From a bacterium (lineage in GTDB: Bacteria; Patescibacteriota; Patescibacteriia; S139-126): a stretch of 64,000 bases of DNA. Both the position numbers and the translations under genes were made by a program. Location: the NCBI GenBank assembly GCA_030666865.1, contig DAOUWZ010000003.1, positions 19,873-83,872 of the forward strand, read 5' to 3'. Below are positions 9,916 through 20,514 of the stretch, piece after piece; within the stretch, counting starts at the first letter, position 1, and each line of letters opens with the position of its first letter. The notes under the pieces were generated by a model, which did not search any database, was not told the DNA's origin, and saw only the letters and a list, made by a program, of their open reading frames with translations.

Positions 9916-12090
9916 ATGGCACGTAGAAAAAATAGAAAAAAATCAAGTAGTATTGCTTGGTTTAGAAATTTTGAATTATCATCAGAAGTTAAGCATTCTA
10001 TTTTGGTTATCTTAGTTTTGTTATTGGCTATTTTGATGATTCTTGGACTTTTTGATATGGCTGGTTTTGTTGGTATTTATTTGGTTAAGTTCTTGAAATT
10101 GATGTTTGGCAGGGGATATTTTTTATATCCTTTTATATTTTTTTTGGTCGGGTTATTTATTATTGACTCAGAAAGATTTGGTATCAAACCGACTAATTAT
10201 TTTGGTTTGGTTATTTTGATTTTATCTTTTAGCGGTTTGTTACATATTAGAAAAGAGCCATTGGAAATGTCTTGGGAGGTATTTGATCAAATGCTCGGTG
10301 GCGGTTATGTTGGTTGGTTTATTACTACGCCATTTTTTAAGATTATGGGTTTTTGGGCAACTTTGATAGTTTTGATTGCTCTTTTTATGATTGCTATATT
10401 TTTGACTTTTAATACATCTTTGCGTTCAGTTTTAAATAAAGTGGATGCGGTAAAAAATATCAGAGAAAGAATCTCGTCTTGGTGGTATCATTTATTTCAT
10501 AAAGATGAGTATACCAATAATGCAGAAGAAAGTGAGGAAGAAGAGGAGGATGAAGAAGTTGAAGGGCCGGAGTTTTCAGGTAAAGGATTGGAAGATGTTG
10601 ATGGCGAGCAACAACAACTGGAAGTTGATTCACAAAAAAGAAAGGTAAAAATTGAATTACCAATAAATCTTTTGGATCCAACCACTAGTAAGCCAACTAG
10701 TGGAGACATCCAGCTTAATAAAGAAAAAATTAAAAAAGCTTTGCAAAATTTTGGTATTGAAGTTGAAATGGGAGATGTTAGTGTTGGACCAACTGTTACT
10801 CAATATACTCTTTGTCCATCAAACGGAGTTAAATTATCAAGTATTTTAGCTTTGCAAAATGATTTAGCTTTGGCGCTGGCCGCTCATCCAATTAGGTTGG
10901 AAGCGCCAATTCCTGGTAAATCATTGGTAGGAGTAGAAGTGCCGAATGAATCTATAGCTACTGTTATGTTGCGGGAAGTAATTGGTTCAAAGAGTTTTGT
11001 TAAGAACAATAGTTCACTAACAATGGGAATCGGCAAGGATGTAGCTGGAAAAATTTGGACGGCTGATTTGGCTACTATGCCTCATCTGCTTATTGCTGGT
11101 GCTACTGGCAGCGGTAAATCAGTGTGTATTAATACTATTATTGTCAGTTTGTTGTATCAAAACAATCCAGATGATCTCAAATTTATTTTAGTTGACCCAA
11201 AAAGAGTTGAGTTATCAGCTTATAATAATTTGCCGTATTTAATGACCCCGGTAATTACTGATACTCAAAAAACTATTAATGCCCTTAAATGGATAGTTAA
11301 TGAGATGGATGAGAGGTATATTAAATTGCAAAAAACCAAGCATAAAAATATTGAAACTTATAATAAAGATTTCCCAAATGAGAAGATGCCATATATTGTT
11401 TTGATAATTGATGAATTAGCAGATTTGATGGTGACAGCAGCTCAAGAGGTTGAAGCAGCGATTATTAGACTAGCGCAAATGGCCAGAGCGGTTGGTATTC
11501 ATTTGATTTTAGCTACCCAAAGACCATCGGTTAATGTCATTACTGGTTTGATAAAAGCAAACATTACTTCCAGAATCGCTTTCGCAGTCGCTTCTGGCAT
11601 GGATTCACGCACAATCTTGGATACTTCTGGTGCAGAAAAATTATTAGGCAGAGGAGATATGTTATTTATATCAGCTAATATTTCTAAGCCAAAAAGATTA
11701 CAGGCCGCTTTTTTGTCCGAAGATGAAATTCAAAGAGTAACAGGATATATCAAAAAGCAAACAGACGAAGACATGGAATATGATGATTCTATTGTTGAGA
11801 AAAAAAGTCGGGGCAATGGAGCAGTTGATATGAGTACTAATGACGAAGATATGTATGACGAGGCAAGAGAATTAGTAATTAAAACTCAGAAAGCATCTGC
11901 TTCATATTTGCAAAGAAGATTACGCGTTGGTTATTCCAGAGCAGCCAGATTACTTGATCTTTTGGAGGATAATGGAATTATTGGTCCTTCAGAAGGAGCT
12001 AAACCAAGAGAAGTATTAGTTGGATCTGACGCAGATGAAGGATATGATATCCAAGAAGTAGATGAGGTTGATGAAATAGAAGAAGAATAA
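9916..12090 (+). CDS. ftsK: DNA translocase FtsK
   Basis: 4TM N-terminus, PHLLIAGATGSGKS, DELADLM, ATQRPS, gamma domain SYLQRRLRVGYSRAAR. Confidence 0.95.
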   Translation: MARRKNRKKSSSIAWFRNFELSSEVKHSILVILVLLLAILMILGLFDMAGFVGIYLVKFLKLMFGRGYFLYPFIFFLVGLFIIDSERFGIKPTNYFGLVILILSFSGLLHIRKEPLEMSWEVFDQMLGGGYVGWFITTPFFKIMGFWATLIVLIALFMIAIFLTFNTSLRSVLNKVDAVKNIRERISSWWYHLFHKDEYTNNAEESEEEEEDEEVEGPEFSGKGLEDVDGEQQQLEVDSQKRKVKIELPINLLDPTTSKPTSGDIQLNKEKIKKALQNFGIEVEMGDVSVGPTVTQYTLCPSNGVKLSSILALQNDLALALAAHPIRLEAPIPGKSLVGVEVPNESIATVMLREVIGSKSFVKNNSSLTMGIGKDVAGKIWTADLATMPHLLIAGATGSGKSVCINTIIVSLLYQNNPDDLKFILVDPKRVELSAYNNLPYLMTPVITDTQKTINALKWIVNEMDERYIKLQKTKHKNIETYNKDFPNEKMPYIVLIIDELADLMVTAAQEVEAAIIRLAQMARAVGIHLILATQRPSVNVITGLIKANITSRIAFAVASGMDSRTILDTSGAEKLLGRGDMLFISANISKPKRLQAAFLSEDEIQRVTGYIKKQTDEDMEYDDSIVEKKSRGNGAVDMSTNDEDMYDEARELVIKTQKASASYLQRRLRVGYSRAARLLDLLEDNGIIGPSEGAKPREVLVGSDADEGYDIQEVDEVDEIEEE

Positions 12091-12115
12091 GAAAAAATAG
12101 AATATTAATAAATTT

Positions 12116-12799
12116 ATGGTATTTTTTACCGCAAAAAAAATTAAACAAATAAGCAACCTGGGTGATGTTCTAAAAAAGAAAAGGCGGGAGTTAGGAATGA
12201 GCTTATCTCAGATTAGTAAAAGGACTTTAATTGCAGAAAGATATTTGCAGTTGATTGAAGATGAGGATTGGCAAAGATTACCGGGTGAAATTTATATCAA
12301 AAATTTTTTAAAAAGATATGCTATGGAACTTGGACTTGATTCAGATAGAGTTTTAATGTCTTATTCTGACAACGGGTCGGCTTACGAAACCAGTATTTAT
12401 AGTTTGCAAAAAACATTGCCATTGGCTCAATCTAATTTTTTTAATATTCCTAAATTATTAAGAAATTCAGCTTTAATTTTATTGGTAGTTTTATTTGTTG
12501 GATATTTGGGTTGGCAGACAAATAAAATAGTTACTCCGCCAGAATTGAGTGTTTACTCGCCAGTTGATAATTTAGTTACTTCTGAATCAAAAATAATTAT
12601 TCAAGGAGAAACTGAACCTGAGGTGGAGGTGACTGTAAATAATATAAGTATTCCAGTAAATGAGGGACAATTTCATGAAGAGTTAGATTTGCAACAGGGA
12701 TTAAATGTTTTGAAAATTACTGCTCAGAAAAAATATAGCAAACAACAGGTCATTTATCGAAAGATTATGTGGAAAACAAATGATATTTCTAAATATTAA
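12116..12799 (+). CDS. RodZ-like HTH-TM-Ig protein
   Basis: LGDVLKKKR...LPGEIYIKNFLKRYA HTH_25, TM helix, C-terminal Ig-like domain; between ftsK and recA. Confidence 0.8.
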   Translation: MVFFTAKKIKQISNLGDVLKKKRRELGMSLSQISKRTLIAERYLQLIEDEDWQRLPGEIYIKNFLKRYAMELGLDSDRVLMSYSDNGSAYETSIYSLQKTLPLAQSNFFNIPKLLRNSALILLVVLFVGYLGWQTNKIVTPPELSVYSPVDNLVTSESKIIIQGETEPEVEVTVNNISIPVNEGQFHEELDLQQGLNVLKITAQKKYSKQQVIYRKIMWKTNDISKY

Positions 12800-12805
12800 T
12801 TAATT

Positions 12806-13837
12806 ATGCATATGACAAAAACAGAGGAAAATAATAGTAATAAAGAGCAAGCTGCTAAAGAAGCAATTGACCAAATAAAGACCAGATTTGGTGAAGGAGC
12901 TATTATGAAATTTGGCGAAGCTAGAACCACTCAAGTAGCTTCTGTGCCAACTGGTTGTTTATCACTTGATATTGCACTTGGTGTAGGAGGAGTTCCTAGG
13001 GGAAGAATAATTGAAATATTTGGTCCTGAAGCATCAGGAAAAACAACCCTGGCTCAGCATATTGTATCAGAAGTGCAAAAGTTGGGAGGGGTGGCTGCTT
13101 TTATTGACGCTGAACATGCGCTTGATCCAGAATATGCAAAAAAGATTGGTATCAATGTTGATGAACTTCTTATTTCTCAACCTGATACAGGTGAACAAGC
13201 TTTAGAAATTGTTGAAACCTTAGTAAGATCAAACGGCGTTGATGTGATAGTGATTGATTCAGTGGCCGCTTTAGTTCCAAAAGCAGAAATAGAAGGTGAT
13301 ATGGGTGATTCGCATATGGGTTTGCAGGCTAGATTGATGTCACAAGCTTTGCGAAAATTAACCGGCGCTGTGGCTAAAACAAAAACAGTGGTAATATTTA
13401 TCAATCAAATCAGACATAAAATTGGTGTATTTTTTGGCAATCCGGAAGTTACTACTGGTGGAAATGCTTTGAAATTTTATTCATCAGTCAGAGTAGAAGT
13501 CAGGCGCAGTGCGCAAATCAAACAGGGTGATAAAATAATTGGCAATAGAGTAAAAGCCAAAGTAGTTAAAAATAAAGTAGCAGCTCCGTTTCGCACTACT
13601 GAATTTGATATTATGTATAATGAGGGTATATCTAGGTCAGGGGATATGATTGATATTGGAGTGCAATTGGATGTGGTAAAGAAGAGCGGTAATACTTATA
13701 GTTATGGAGAAGAAAAATTGGGAGTAGGTAGGGAAAATGCCAGGAAATATTTGAAAGGAAATTCAAAATTGATGGAAAAGATTTATAAGGATGTTTGGCA
13801 AGCTGTCAAAGCAAAACGAGAAGAAGATGATGAATAG
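12806..13837 (+). CDS. recA: Recombinase RecA
   Basis: [42 protein letters not shown]. Confidence 0.98.
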   Translation: MHMTKTEENNSNKEQAAKEAIDQIKTRFGEGAIMKFGEARTTQVASVPTGCLSLDIALGVGGVPRGRIIEIFGPEASGKTTLAQHIVSEVQKLGGVAAFIDAEHALDPEYAKKIGINVDELLISQPDTGEQALEIVETLVRSNGVDVIVIDSVAALVPKAEIEGDMGDSHMGLQARLMSQALRKLTGAVAKTKTVVIFINQIRHKIGVFFGNPEVTTGGNALKFYSSVRVEVRRSAQIKQGDKIIGNRVKAKVVKNKVAAPFRTTEFDIMYNEGISRSGDMIDIGVQLDVVKKSGNTYSYGEEKLGVGRENARKYLKGNSKLMEKIYKDVWQAVKAKREEDDE

Positions 13838-13873
13838 TTTTTAGAATTTAACATATTTAAATAGTTTTAAACC

Positions 13874-13902
13874 GTAGTGACAGAGCAGTGCTCTGTCACT
13901 AC
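13874..13902. repeat. GTAG-type REP-like palindrome
   Basis: GTAGTGACAGAGC-AGT-GCTCTGTCACTAC; sibling at 39901-39929. Confidence 0.75.
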
Positions 13903-13912
13903 AATATACAAA

Positions 13913-13953
13913 ATAATAAAAAAGAACGGACGCATCCGTTCTTTTTTATTATT
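13913..13953. terminator. Bidirectional terminator between recA and efp
   Basis: AATAATAAAAAAGAACGGA-CGCA-TCCGTTCTTTTTTATTATT. Confidence 0.8.
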
Positions 13954-14000
13954 TCTTAGAATTGTAATGGTCAAGAGCGTTAGATTTTATGTTACATAGC

Positions 14001-14026
14001 TTGTTACGTAGCATGCTACGTAACAA
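14001..14026. repeat. Perfect 26-bp palindrome; second copy at 53947-53972
   Basis: TTGTTACGTAGCATGCTACGTAACAA vs TTGTTACGTAGCATATTATGTAACAA. Confidence 0.75.
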
Positions 14027-14135
14027 TATCTACTTTGCAAAGTATTTATATTACACTAATCTCACAAATCCTTTTTTCCACAGTGGACAAGCCCTTATTC
14101 ACGGGCAAGCAAAAGGGTGCTTAATTATTTATTCA

Positions 14136-14693
14136 TTATGCTCGTTCTGCGTATTCACCAGTTTCAGTATTGACTATCACCATATCGCTATTATTTATAA
14201 ACAAAGGAGCATTGATTACCAAATTATTTTCCAAAGTAACTTGCTTGGTAACACTACCAGCTGAATCACCTTTGATTCCTGGTGGCGCTTCGGTAACTTT
14301 GTATTTTACTTTGGTTGGCAGAGAAATTGTTACCGCATTGCCATTGTATAAAAGCACATCAACTTGCAAACCTTCAAGTAAATATTTTATTTGTTCCTCA
14401 ATGTCAGATTTTGATAATGTGAATTGTTCAAAAGATTCTGAATCCATAAAATTATAACCGCTATCATCAAAATATAAGAATGAAGCTTTTCTTCTTTGGA
14501 TATCTGCCTCCTCTGTCTTATCACCGCTGTTAAAAGATTTTTCTATAACCTGTCCAGTGATAAGATTTTTTAATTTGGTACGCAAAGTAGCTCCACTCCT
14601 GGCAACTTTGATGTGTTGGGTTTTTTGAACTACGAATGGAGCATTATCAATAACAATAATTTTACCCAGTTTGATATCTGACATTTCTAACAT
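14136..14693 (-). CDS. efp: Elongation factor P
   Basis: KVARSGA loop, PPGIKGDS, VNTETGEYAERA. Confidence 0.95.
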   Translation of the reverse strand: MLEMSDIKLGKIIVIDNAPFVVQKTQHIKVARSGATLRTKLKNLITGQVIEKSFNSGDKTEEADIQRRKASFLYFDDSGYNFMDSESFEQFTLSKSDIEEQIKYLLEGLQVDVLLYNGNAVTISLPTKVKYKVTEAPPGIKGDSAGSVTKQVTLENNLVINAPLFINNSDMVIVNTETGEYAERA

Positions 14694-14761
14694 AATATAA
14701 GTAGCAAGTATTAAGTATTAGGTAGTAAGTAGATTGCTAAAATCTAGTCGAGACTTGTAAT

Positions 14762-14989
14762 TTAGCGAGTAGTGTAAGGTAAAAGAGCCATATAGCGAGA
14801 TCTTTTGATTGCCGTGGCTAATTTACGTTGGTGTTTTGAGCATACGCCAGATTTTCTGCGGGGAACAATTTTTCCATAAGACGAAGTATATCTTCTCAAA
14901 AGTTCAGTATTCTTATAATCAATTTCTTTTATTCCATTGACACAGAAATGACAGTATTTTTCTTTTTCAAATAAACTCTTCTTTACCAT
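14762..14989 (-). CDS. rpsR: 30S ribosomal protein S18 (Zn-binding type)
   Basis: [26 protein letters not shown]. Confidence 0.97.
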   Translation of the reverse strand: MVKKSLFEKEKYCHFCVNGIKEIDYKNTELLRRYTSSYGKIVPRRKSGVCSKHQRKLATAIKRSRYMALLPYTTR

Positions 14990-15009
14990 CTGTTTTTAAT
15001 TATTAATAT

Positions 15010-15456
15010 TTAGAAAGGAATTTCATCAACATTTATTTCTTCCTCTTTTGGTTCTTGGCTTGGTTCTGGTTGGCTGGAATCATTGTTTGACTGCGCTGGG
15101 GCTGGTGAAGATCCTTGATTTCCAGATCCTGCTCGGTCAAGCATAATCATATTTTCTGCTACTATTTCGGTACGATATTTTTTTACTCCACTTTGGTCAT
15201 CCCAAGAACGGGTTTGTAATCTTCCTTCAAGATAAATCTTACTGCCTTTAGTAAGATATTGGGCGCAAATTTCTCCAAGTTTTCTCCATGCAACTATATT
15301 GTGGAATTCTACTTTTTCTTGTTTTTGTCCATTGGCATCATTCCAAACTAGATTGGTAGCCACAGAAAATGTAGTGACTGTTGTACCTTGAGGAGTGGTT
15401 CTTGTTTCTGGATCACGGGTCAAGTTCCCAATGATCATTGCTTTGTTTAAATTCAT
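15010..15456 (-). CDS. ssb: Single-stranded DNA-binding protein
   Basis: NKAMIIGNLTRDPE, EGRLQTRSW, acidic C-terminus DEIPF. Confidence 0.97.
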   Translation of the reverse strand: MNLNKAMIIGNLTRDPETRTTPQGTTVTTFSVATNLVWNDANGQKQEKVEFHNIVAWRKLGEICAQYLTKGSKIYLEGRLQTRSWDDQSGVKKYRTEIVAENMIMLDRAGSGNQGSSPAPAQSNNDSSQPEPSQEPKEEEINVDEIPF

Positions 15457-15487
15457 AAGCGTTAGTTAAGAATTAAGAGAATAAAAA

Positions 15488-15961
15488 TTATATTTTTTCA
15501 TCAATAATTTCTTCAAGTTTTTTATCTAGTTCGTCAAGCGACATCTTGCCAGCTTCTTTCTTTTCTTTGATTTTTGATTTTTTTTCTTTTGGCACAAATT
15601 TATCACCAATTTCTTTTTTTTCTTTTTGTTTCTGTTGTTTTACTTTTTCTTTTTCTCTTTCTTCTCTTGTTTTTGGTGTAGATTTTACTATAAGATAACG
15701 CAATAAATTATCATGTAGTTTAAGTTTTTTATCTATGTCTGAAAAATTATTGTCAGACATAGTGAACTCAATAATGAAATAATAACCATAACGAAGATGG
15801 TTGATTGGATAAGCTATTTTTCGTCTGCCCAAGTATTCATTATGAACAATCTCAACCTTTCCTGATACAAAAAAATCTGTAATTTGTTTAATTACAGGCT
15901 CAACTTCATTTTCGGCTAAATTGCCTGGGATGATTCCCATGAATTCATAATATTTATTCAT
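15488..15961 (-). CDS. rpsF: 30S ribosomal protein S6
   Basis: YEFMGII, GRRKIAYPI, LLRYLI; rpsF-ssb-rpsR synteny. Confidence 0.93.
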   Translation of the reverse strand: MNKYYEFMGIIPGNLAENEVEPVIKQITDFFVSGKVEIVHNEYLGRRKIAYPINHLRYGYYFIIEFTMSDNNFSDIDKKLKLHDNLLRYLIVKSTPKTREEREKEKVKQQKQKEKKEIGDKFVPKEKKSKIKEKKEAGKMSLDELDKKLEEIIDEKI

Positions 15962-16040
15962 AAAGTTTCCCCTATGGTTCACCGGAACGACTATAATATC
16001 CGGGACTGCTGCGACGCGAAGCCACTAACAGAAAGGTAAT
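15962..16040 (-). promoter_or_regulatory. Probable structured rpsF leader (S6:S18 autoregulatory RNA-like)
   Basis: GC-rich hairpin-forming segment directly 5' of rpsF in an AT-rich background; position matches known S6:S18 leaders. Confidence 0.45.
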
Positions 16041-16234
16041 TAATTATTAAGTTTTTAAGTATAATTACTTTAGCAAAAGGTCTGTTTTTAGTCAAGCTTA
16101 GTTTAGTAGGTAGTATTCAGTATGTAGTATATAGGGTAAATAAGATATTTTATACATAATTTTTGTTTTTATTGATAATTATTCGTATGGTATAATTATA
16201 CAGAATTATTTAAGCAGTTGAATATATATTAAAT

Positions 16235-17446
16235 ATGAAATATTTTTTTATTTTTGGAATTCATCCATCATTATCGGTTGCTGAATTGTTACAATATTTT
16301 TTATTGAAAAAAATTGAATACAAAATATTATCTGCAGGCAGTGATTTTTTGATAGTTGAAACCATAGAGCAAATAAATTTAGCGGAAATACAAAAAAAAT
16401 TGGGGGGATTGGTAAAATCTGGACAAATTATTGGAGAGAATTTTATTAAAATACCATCAGCTGATGAATTGTTGGATGGTTTGCAAGAGTTTATCAAAAC
16501 AGGGAAAAAGTTTTTTTGCGGGTTTTCTTTTTACCCAAGTTATAAAAAACAATATAGTAAAATTTTATTTAGATTGGGATTGGAATTGAAAAAAAATTTG
16601 AAACAACAAAAAATTTCTACTAGAATAGTCAGTTCCAAAGAGACTAATTTATCTTCAGTAACAGTAGCAAAAAATAAGTTATTATCAGATCGGGGAGCAG
16701 AAGTTGTTTTTATGCAAGATTATGATGTCAAGAAAATTTTTATGGGCAGAACTGCCACAGTTCAGGATTTTGCTAATTTAAGTTTTAGAGATTATTCCAG
16801 GCCAGCCAGAGATGATTATTCTGGAATGATTCCTCCAAAATTAGCGCAGATAATGATTAATTTATCAGGATCTGATTATATGGAAAAAGTACTTGATCCT
16901 TTTTGTGGTTCAGGAACAATTTTACAAGAAGCTTTACTGATTGGTTATCGGAAAGTGATTGGATTTGATTCATCTGCCAAAGCTATTTGTGATACTAAGG
17001 AAAATTTAGTTTGGCTAAAGAATAAATTTGAAGTGAATATTGATAAAGTTTTAATTTTTGAAAGCAACGTAGAAGTCTTAGCTGATAGAATAGATATTGG
17101 TTCAATTGGCGCTATTGTGACTGAACCTGATTTGGGGACTGTTAAATTAAATAAAAAAAATGTTTTGACAGAAAAAAAGCGTTTAGAAGATCTTTATGTA
17201 AAAGCTTATGGGCAGTTTGTAGAAGTATTGAAAAAACGGGCAAGAGTAGTAATGGTTTGGCCAGTTTTTTTTACTGAGTATTACTTGGATATTGAATCAA
17301 CCATAAAGAATTTTGGGTTTAAAAAAATAAATATATTGTCTGATGATTTGCAGAAGGTATATAAATTGAATGATAGAAAAAATTTGTATTATGGAAGAAC
17401 AGGACAAAAAGTCACCCGTGAAGTTACGGTGTGGGAGAAAATTTAG
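16235..17446 (+). CDS. Trm11-like SAM-dependent RNA methyltransferase
   Basis: GMIPPKLAQIMINL, LDPFCGSGTILQEA, IVTEP. Confidence 0.75.
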   Translation: MKYFFIFGIHPSLSVAELLQYFLLKKIEYKILSAGSDFLIVETIEQINLAEIQKKLGGLVKSGQIIGENFIKIPSADELLDGLQEFIKTGKKFFCGFSFYPSYKKQYSKILFRLGLELKKNLKQQKISTRIVSSKETNLSSVTVAKNKLLSDRGAEVVFMQDYDVKKIFMGRTATVQDFANLSFRDYSRPARDDYSGMIPPKLAQIMINLSGSDYMEKVLDPFCGSGTILQEALLIGYRKVIGFDSSAKAICDTKENLVWLKNKFEVNIDKVLIFESNVEVLADRIDIGSIGAIVTEPDLGTVKLNKKNVLTEKKRLEDLYVKAYGQFVEVLKKRARVVMVWPVFFTEYYLDIESTIKNFGFKKINILSDDLQKVYKLNDRKNLYYGRTGQKVTREVTVWEKI

Positions 17447-18527
17447 AATTTTGATAATATCATTTTTACTTCTAATGGTCGCAATTTTATTTGTGACTGT
17501 TTTTTATAAGCTAAAGCCAAATAACACCAAGATAAATTTGTCTGTCCAGATAAATAACAATCAGTCCTTGTCAGAGAATAAATCAGAGTTAATAAATGAA
17601 GTTGAATTTGAAGAGAATGAATACATTTTGATATTTGGCGGTGATGTAATGTTAGGACGACATGTTCAACAGCTACAAGAGAAAAATGGCGGGTATTTGT
17701 CTGCTTGGGAAAATATTGCTTCAGAGTTTAGCACTGCTGATTTGGCTATAATTAATTTAGAATCTCCGTTTTCAGATAGACTTCCATATCCGACCGAAGG
17801 TTTTGTTTTTAAAGCTAAGCCCAAAAATATAGACGGATTACTTGTGGCTGGAATTGATGTCGTGCATCTGGCTAATAATCATTTTGGCAATGCTGGAGTA
17901 TATGGCATGAATTACACTTTTGATATTTTAAAAGAAAATAATATTGAATATGTCGGTGCCGGTAAAAATTTATTAGAAGCTTATCAAAGTAAAATTATCA
18001 AAATTGATGATTTGTCTATCGGTTTAGTTGGGCAAGGGTATAATGTCAGCTGGTATCGAGCTGGCAGAGATACTCCCGGGATTGCCGTTCTTGATCAGGA
18101 AAAATTATCTGTAGAAATAGAAAATTTAAAAGAACAAAAAGCAGATATTATTATTGCCATGTTTCACGGTGGGGTAGAATATATTACCAAACCAAATCAA
18201 GATCAGATTTTATTTGCTCATACAGCCGTAGAGGCTGGCGCTGATTTGGTAGTTGGACATCATCCTCATTGGGTGCAGGAAATTGAAGAATATCAGGATA
18301 AATATATTTTTTATTCTTTGGGTAATTTGATTTTTGATCAAAATTGGTCTAAAGAAACAAGTCGAGGATTAGTATTGCAGGTAAATATTACTAACAAAAA
18401 AATAATAGGTTATGAGTTGAAACCAGTAGTGATAGAAAATAATTTTAAACCACGGTGGGCAGATGAAAATGAATCGCAAGAAATATTAGAAAATATTGAT
18501 TATGATAGTATAATCATAGAGCTGTAA
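17391..18527 (+). CDS. CapA/poly-gamma-glutamate synthesis family metallophosphoesterase, membrane-anchored
   Basis: GGDVMLGR, NLESP, LANNH, HGGVEY, GHHPHWVQ, YSLGNLIFDQ; start codon uncertain. Confidence 0.88.
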   Translation: MEEQDKKSPVKLRCGRKFRILIISFLLLMVAILFVTVFYKLKPNNTKINLSVQINNNQSLSENKSELINEVEFEENEYILIFGGDVMLGRHVQQLQEKNGGYLSAWENIASEFSTADLAIINLESPFSDRLPYPTEGFVFKAKPKNIDGLLVAGIDVVHLANNHFGNAGVYGMNYTFDILKENNIEYVGAGKNLLEAYQSKIIKIDDLSIGLVGQGYNVSWYRAGRDTPGIAVLDQEKLSVEIENLKEQKADIIIAMFHGGVEYITKPNQDQILFAHTAVEAGADLVVGHHPHWVQEIEEYQDKYIFYSLGNLIFDQNWSKETSRGLVLQVNITNKKIIGYELKPVVIENNFKPRWADENESQEILENIDYDSIIIEL

Positions 18528-18612
18528 TAGAAAATTTATTTTGACATTTTTATTGACTAAGAGTAAGATAATCTAAATCACAGTATATTAAAAAAAGAAA
18601 AGGAGTCTAGCT

Positions 18613-19263
18613 ATGCAGAAAAAAGAGTATGGAGATTTTAATTGGCGTTATTGGTTATACCTTCCAAATCTTATTAGTTTATCTCGTTTTATTACTATCC
18701 CACTTTTTTTATGGGAATTTGTAGAACAAAATTATTTTTTAGCATTTATTTGGGCGGTAGTTTCTATAGGTTCAGATATTCTCGATGGTTGGTTAGCACG
18801 AAAATTGGATAAACGCTCAAATTTAGGATTGATTTTGGATCCGGCTGGAGATTATTGGGCTTTTTTACTAACCCCGATAGCTTTTTATTATTATGATATT
18901 ATGCCCCAGTATATTGCTGTAATTATTTCTGGCTATATTATGGTCAAAGTTATTTGGATTATTTTTATTCATGTTAATAGTGAAGATAATGATAAAAAAA
19001 TTAAATATGTGGAAGCACGTTTGTTGAGTAAGTTTACCACTATTACTTTTGCATTAGTATTATTTATTTATTTTTTATTATCTATACCGGTTAATTGTAT
19101 TTTTTTACCATGGCAAAATGCTTGGTTAATATTGCAGAATGGTTTGCAAGCCACCATACTTTTTATTAATATTTTTGCAATTCTTTTTGCCATTACCGCA
19201 TTGTTTGACTATTATTTGGAAAGTGATTTCCATAAACTGTATATAAGAAAACTCCTCGAATGA
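18613..19263 (+). CDS. CDP-alcohol phosphatidyltransferase (PgsA/Cls-like)
   Basis: PNLISLSR, DILDGWLARKL, GLILDPAGD. Confidence 0.85.
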   Translation: MQKKEYGDFNWRYWLYLPNLISLSRFITIPLFLWEFVEQNYFLAFIWAVVSIGSDILDGWLARKLDKRSNLGLILDPAGDYWAFLLTPIAFYYYDIMPQYIAVIISGYIMVKVIWIIFIHVNSEDNDKKIKYVEARLLSKFTTITFALVLFIYFLLSIPVNCIFLPWQNAWLILQNGLQATILFINIFAILFAITALFDYYLESDFHKLYIRKLLE

Positions 19264-19273
19264 GGAGTTTTTT
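19248..19273. terminator. Bidirectional terminator
   Basis: AAAACTCCTC-GAAT-GAGGAGTTTT between convergent genes. Confidence 0.75.
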
Positions 19274-19293
19274 ATTTGAAAATTTTTATTATA

Positions 19294-20358
19294 TTAATTA
19301 CTGAATCGAAACATCATTACATCACCGTCGCGAACCTCATAATCCTTGCCTTCAGTTTGCATTACTCCAGCATCGCGGGCGCCAGTCCAGCCGTTATGTT
19401 TGATAAAATTTTCATAGGCAATTGTTTCCGCGCGAATAAAGCCTTGTTCAAAATCAGTATGAATTTTTCCGGCAGCTTCTGGTGCTGCCATACCATTTTG
19501 AATAGTCCAAGCTCTAGTTTCTTTTTCACCGGAAGTAAAAAATGTTATCAGATTTAGCAATTCGTATGATGCTTTGATTAGTTTATCTAGGCCAGTCTGG
19601 GTAATACCGGATTCTTGCAAGTATTCTCGTATTTCTTTATCAGTTAGGATGGCTAATTCAGCTTCTAGTTTGGTGCAGATTTTGACAGTATCTTTCGGTA
19701 GAGATGTTTCTTTGTTTAAATCCTCTTCAGCTACATTATAAATATAAATTAAAGGTTTAGCTGTTAGTAGATTGAAATTTTTTAATATTTTTTGTTCATC
19801 ATTATTAAATTCAATCGTGTTAATCCATTGACCTTGTTCTAACTCGGGAATAATTTTTTCTAATAATTTTTTTTCTTGATCAAGTATTTTTTCATGCGGT
19901 CCTTTTAATTGGCTAAGAATTTTATCCAGTCTTTTTTTAACAGTATCTAAATCAGCAAAAACGAGTTCCAAATTAATTGTCTCTTTATCTGATTCTGGGT
20001 CTATTTTACCATCAACATGAATTATATTATCATCCTTAAAATCACGGACTACTTCGACAATCGCATCTACCTCTCTGATATGAGATAAAAATTTATTTCC
20101 CAAACCCTCACCCTTGTGAGCGCCAGCTACTAATCCGGCAATATCCACGAATTCTATCACCGTGGGGATGGTTTTAGCTGATTTTGATATTTGGGTAAGT
20201 TTGGCTAGACGCTCGTCAGGAACTTCAACCACGCCTATATTTGGGTCAATAGTGCAAAAAGGATAATTCTGGGCATCCGCTTGATTGCGCGTCAGAGCAT
20301 TAAACAGGGTAGATTTTCCTACATTTGGCAGGCCAACAATACCGATTTGAAAAGACAT
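19294..20358 (-). CDS. ychF: Ribosome-binding ATPase YchF
   Basis: GIVGLPNVGKSTLFN, NYPFCTIDPN, DIAGLV, IHTDFEQGFIRAE. Confidence 0.97.
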   Translation of the reverse strand: MSFQIGIVGLPNVGKSTLFNALTRNQADAQNYPFCTIDPNIGVVEVPDERLAKLTQISKSAKTIPTVIEFVDIAGLVAGAHKGEGLGNKFLSHIREVDAIVEVVRDFKDDNIIHVDGKIDPESDKETINLELVFADLDTVKKRLDKILSQLKGPHEKILDQEKKLLEKIIPELEQGQWINTIEFNNDEQKILKNFNLLTAKPLIYIYNVAEEDLNKETSLPKDTVKICTKLEAELAILTDKEIREYLQESGITQTGLDKLIKASYELLNLITFFTSGEKETRAWTIQNGMAAPEAAGKIHTDFEQGFIRAETIAYENFIKHNGWTGARDAGVMQTEGKDYEVRDGDVMMFRFSN

Positions 20359-20514
20359 TTATTTTAGTATTATGAATAAAATATTTAGTATAATGTATAT
20401 TGATTCTAATCAAGATAATGTTTTTCGTCAACGCTTTTCAACTATATTTTATTTTGTATTTAATAGTAATATAATAAATTTTTTGTTATAATATTATTAA
20501 TTAACAATAATTCT

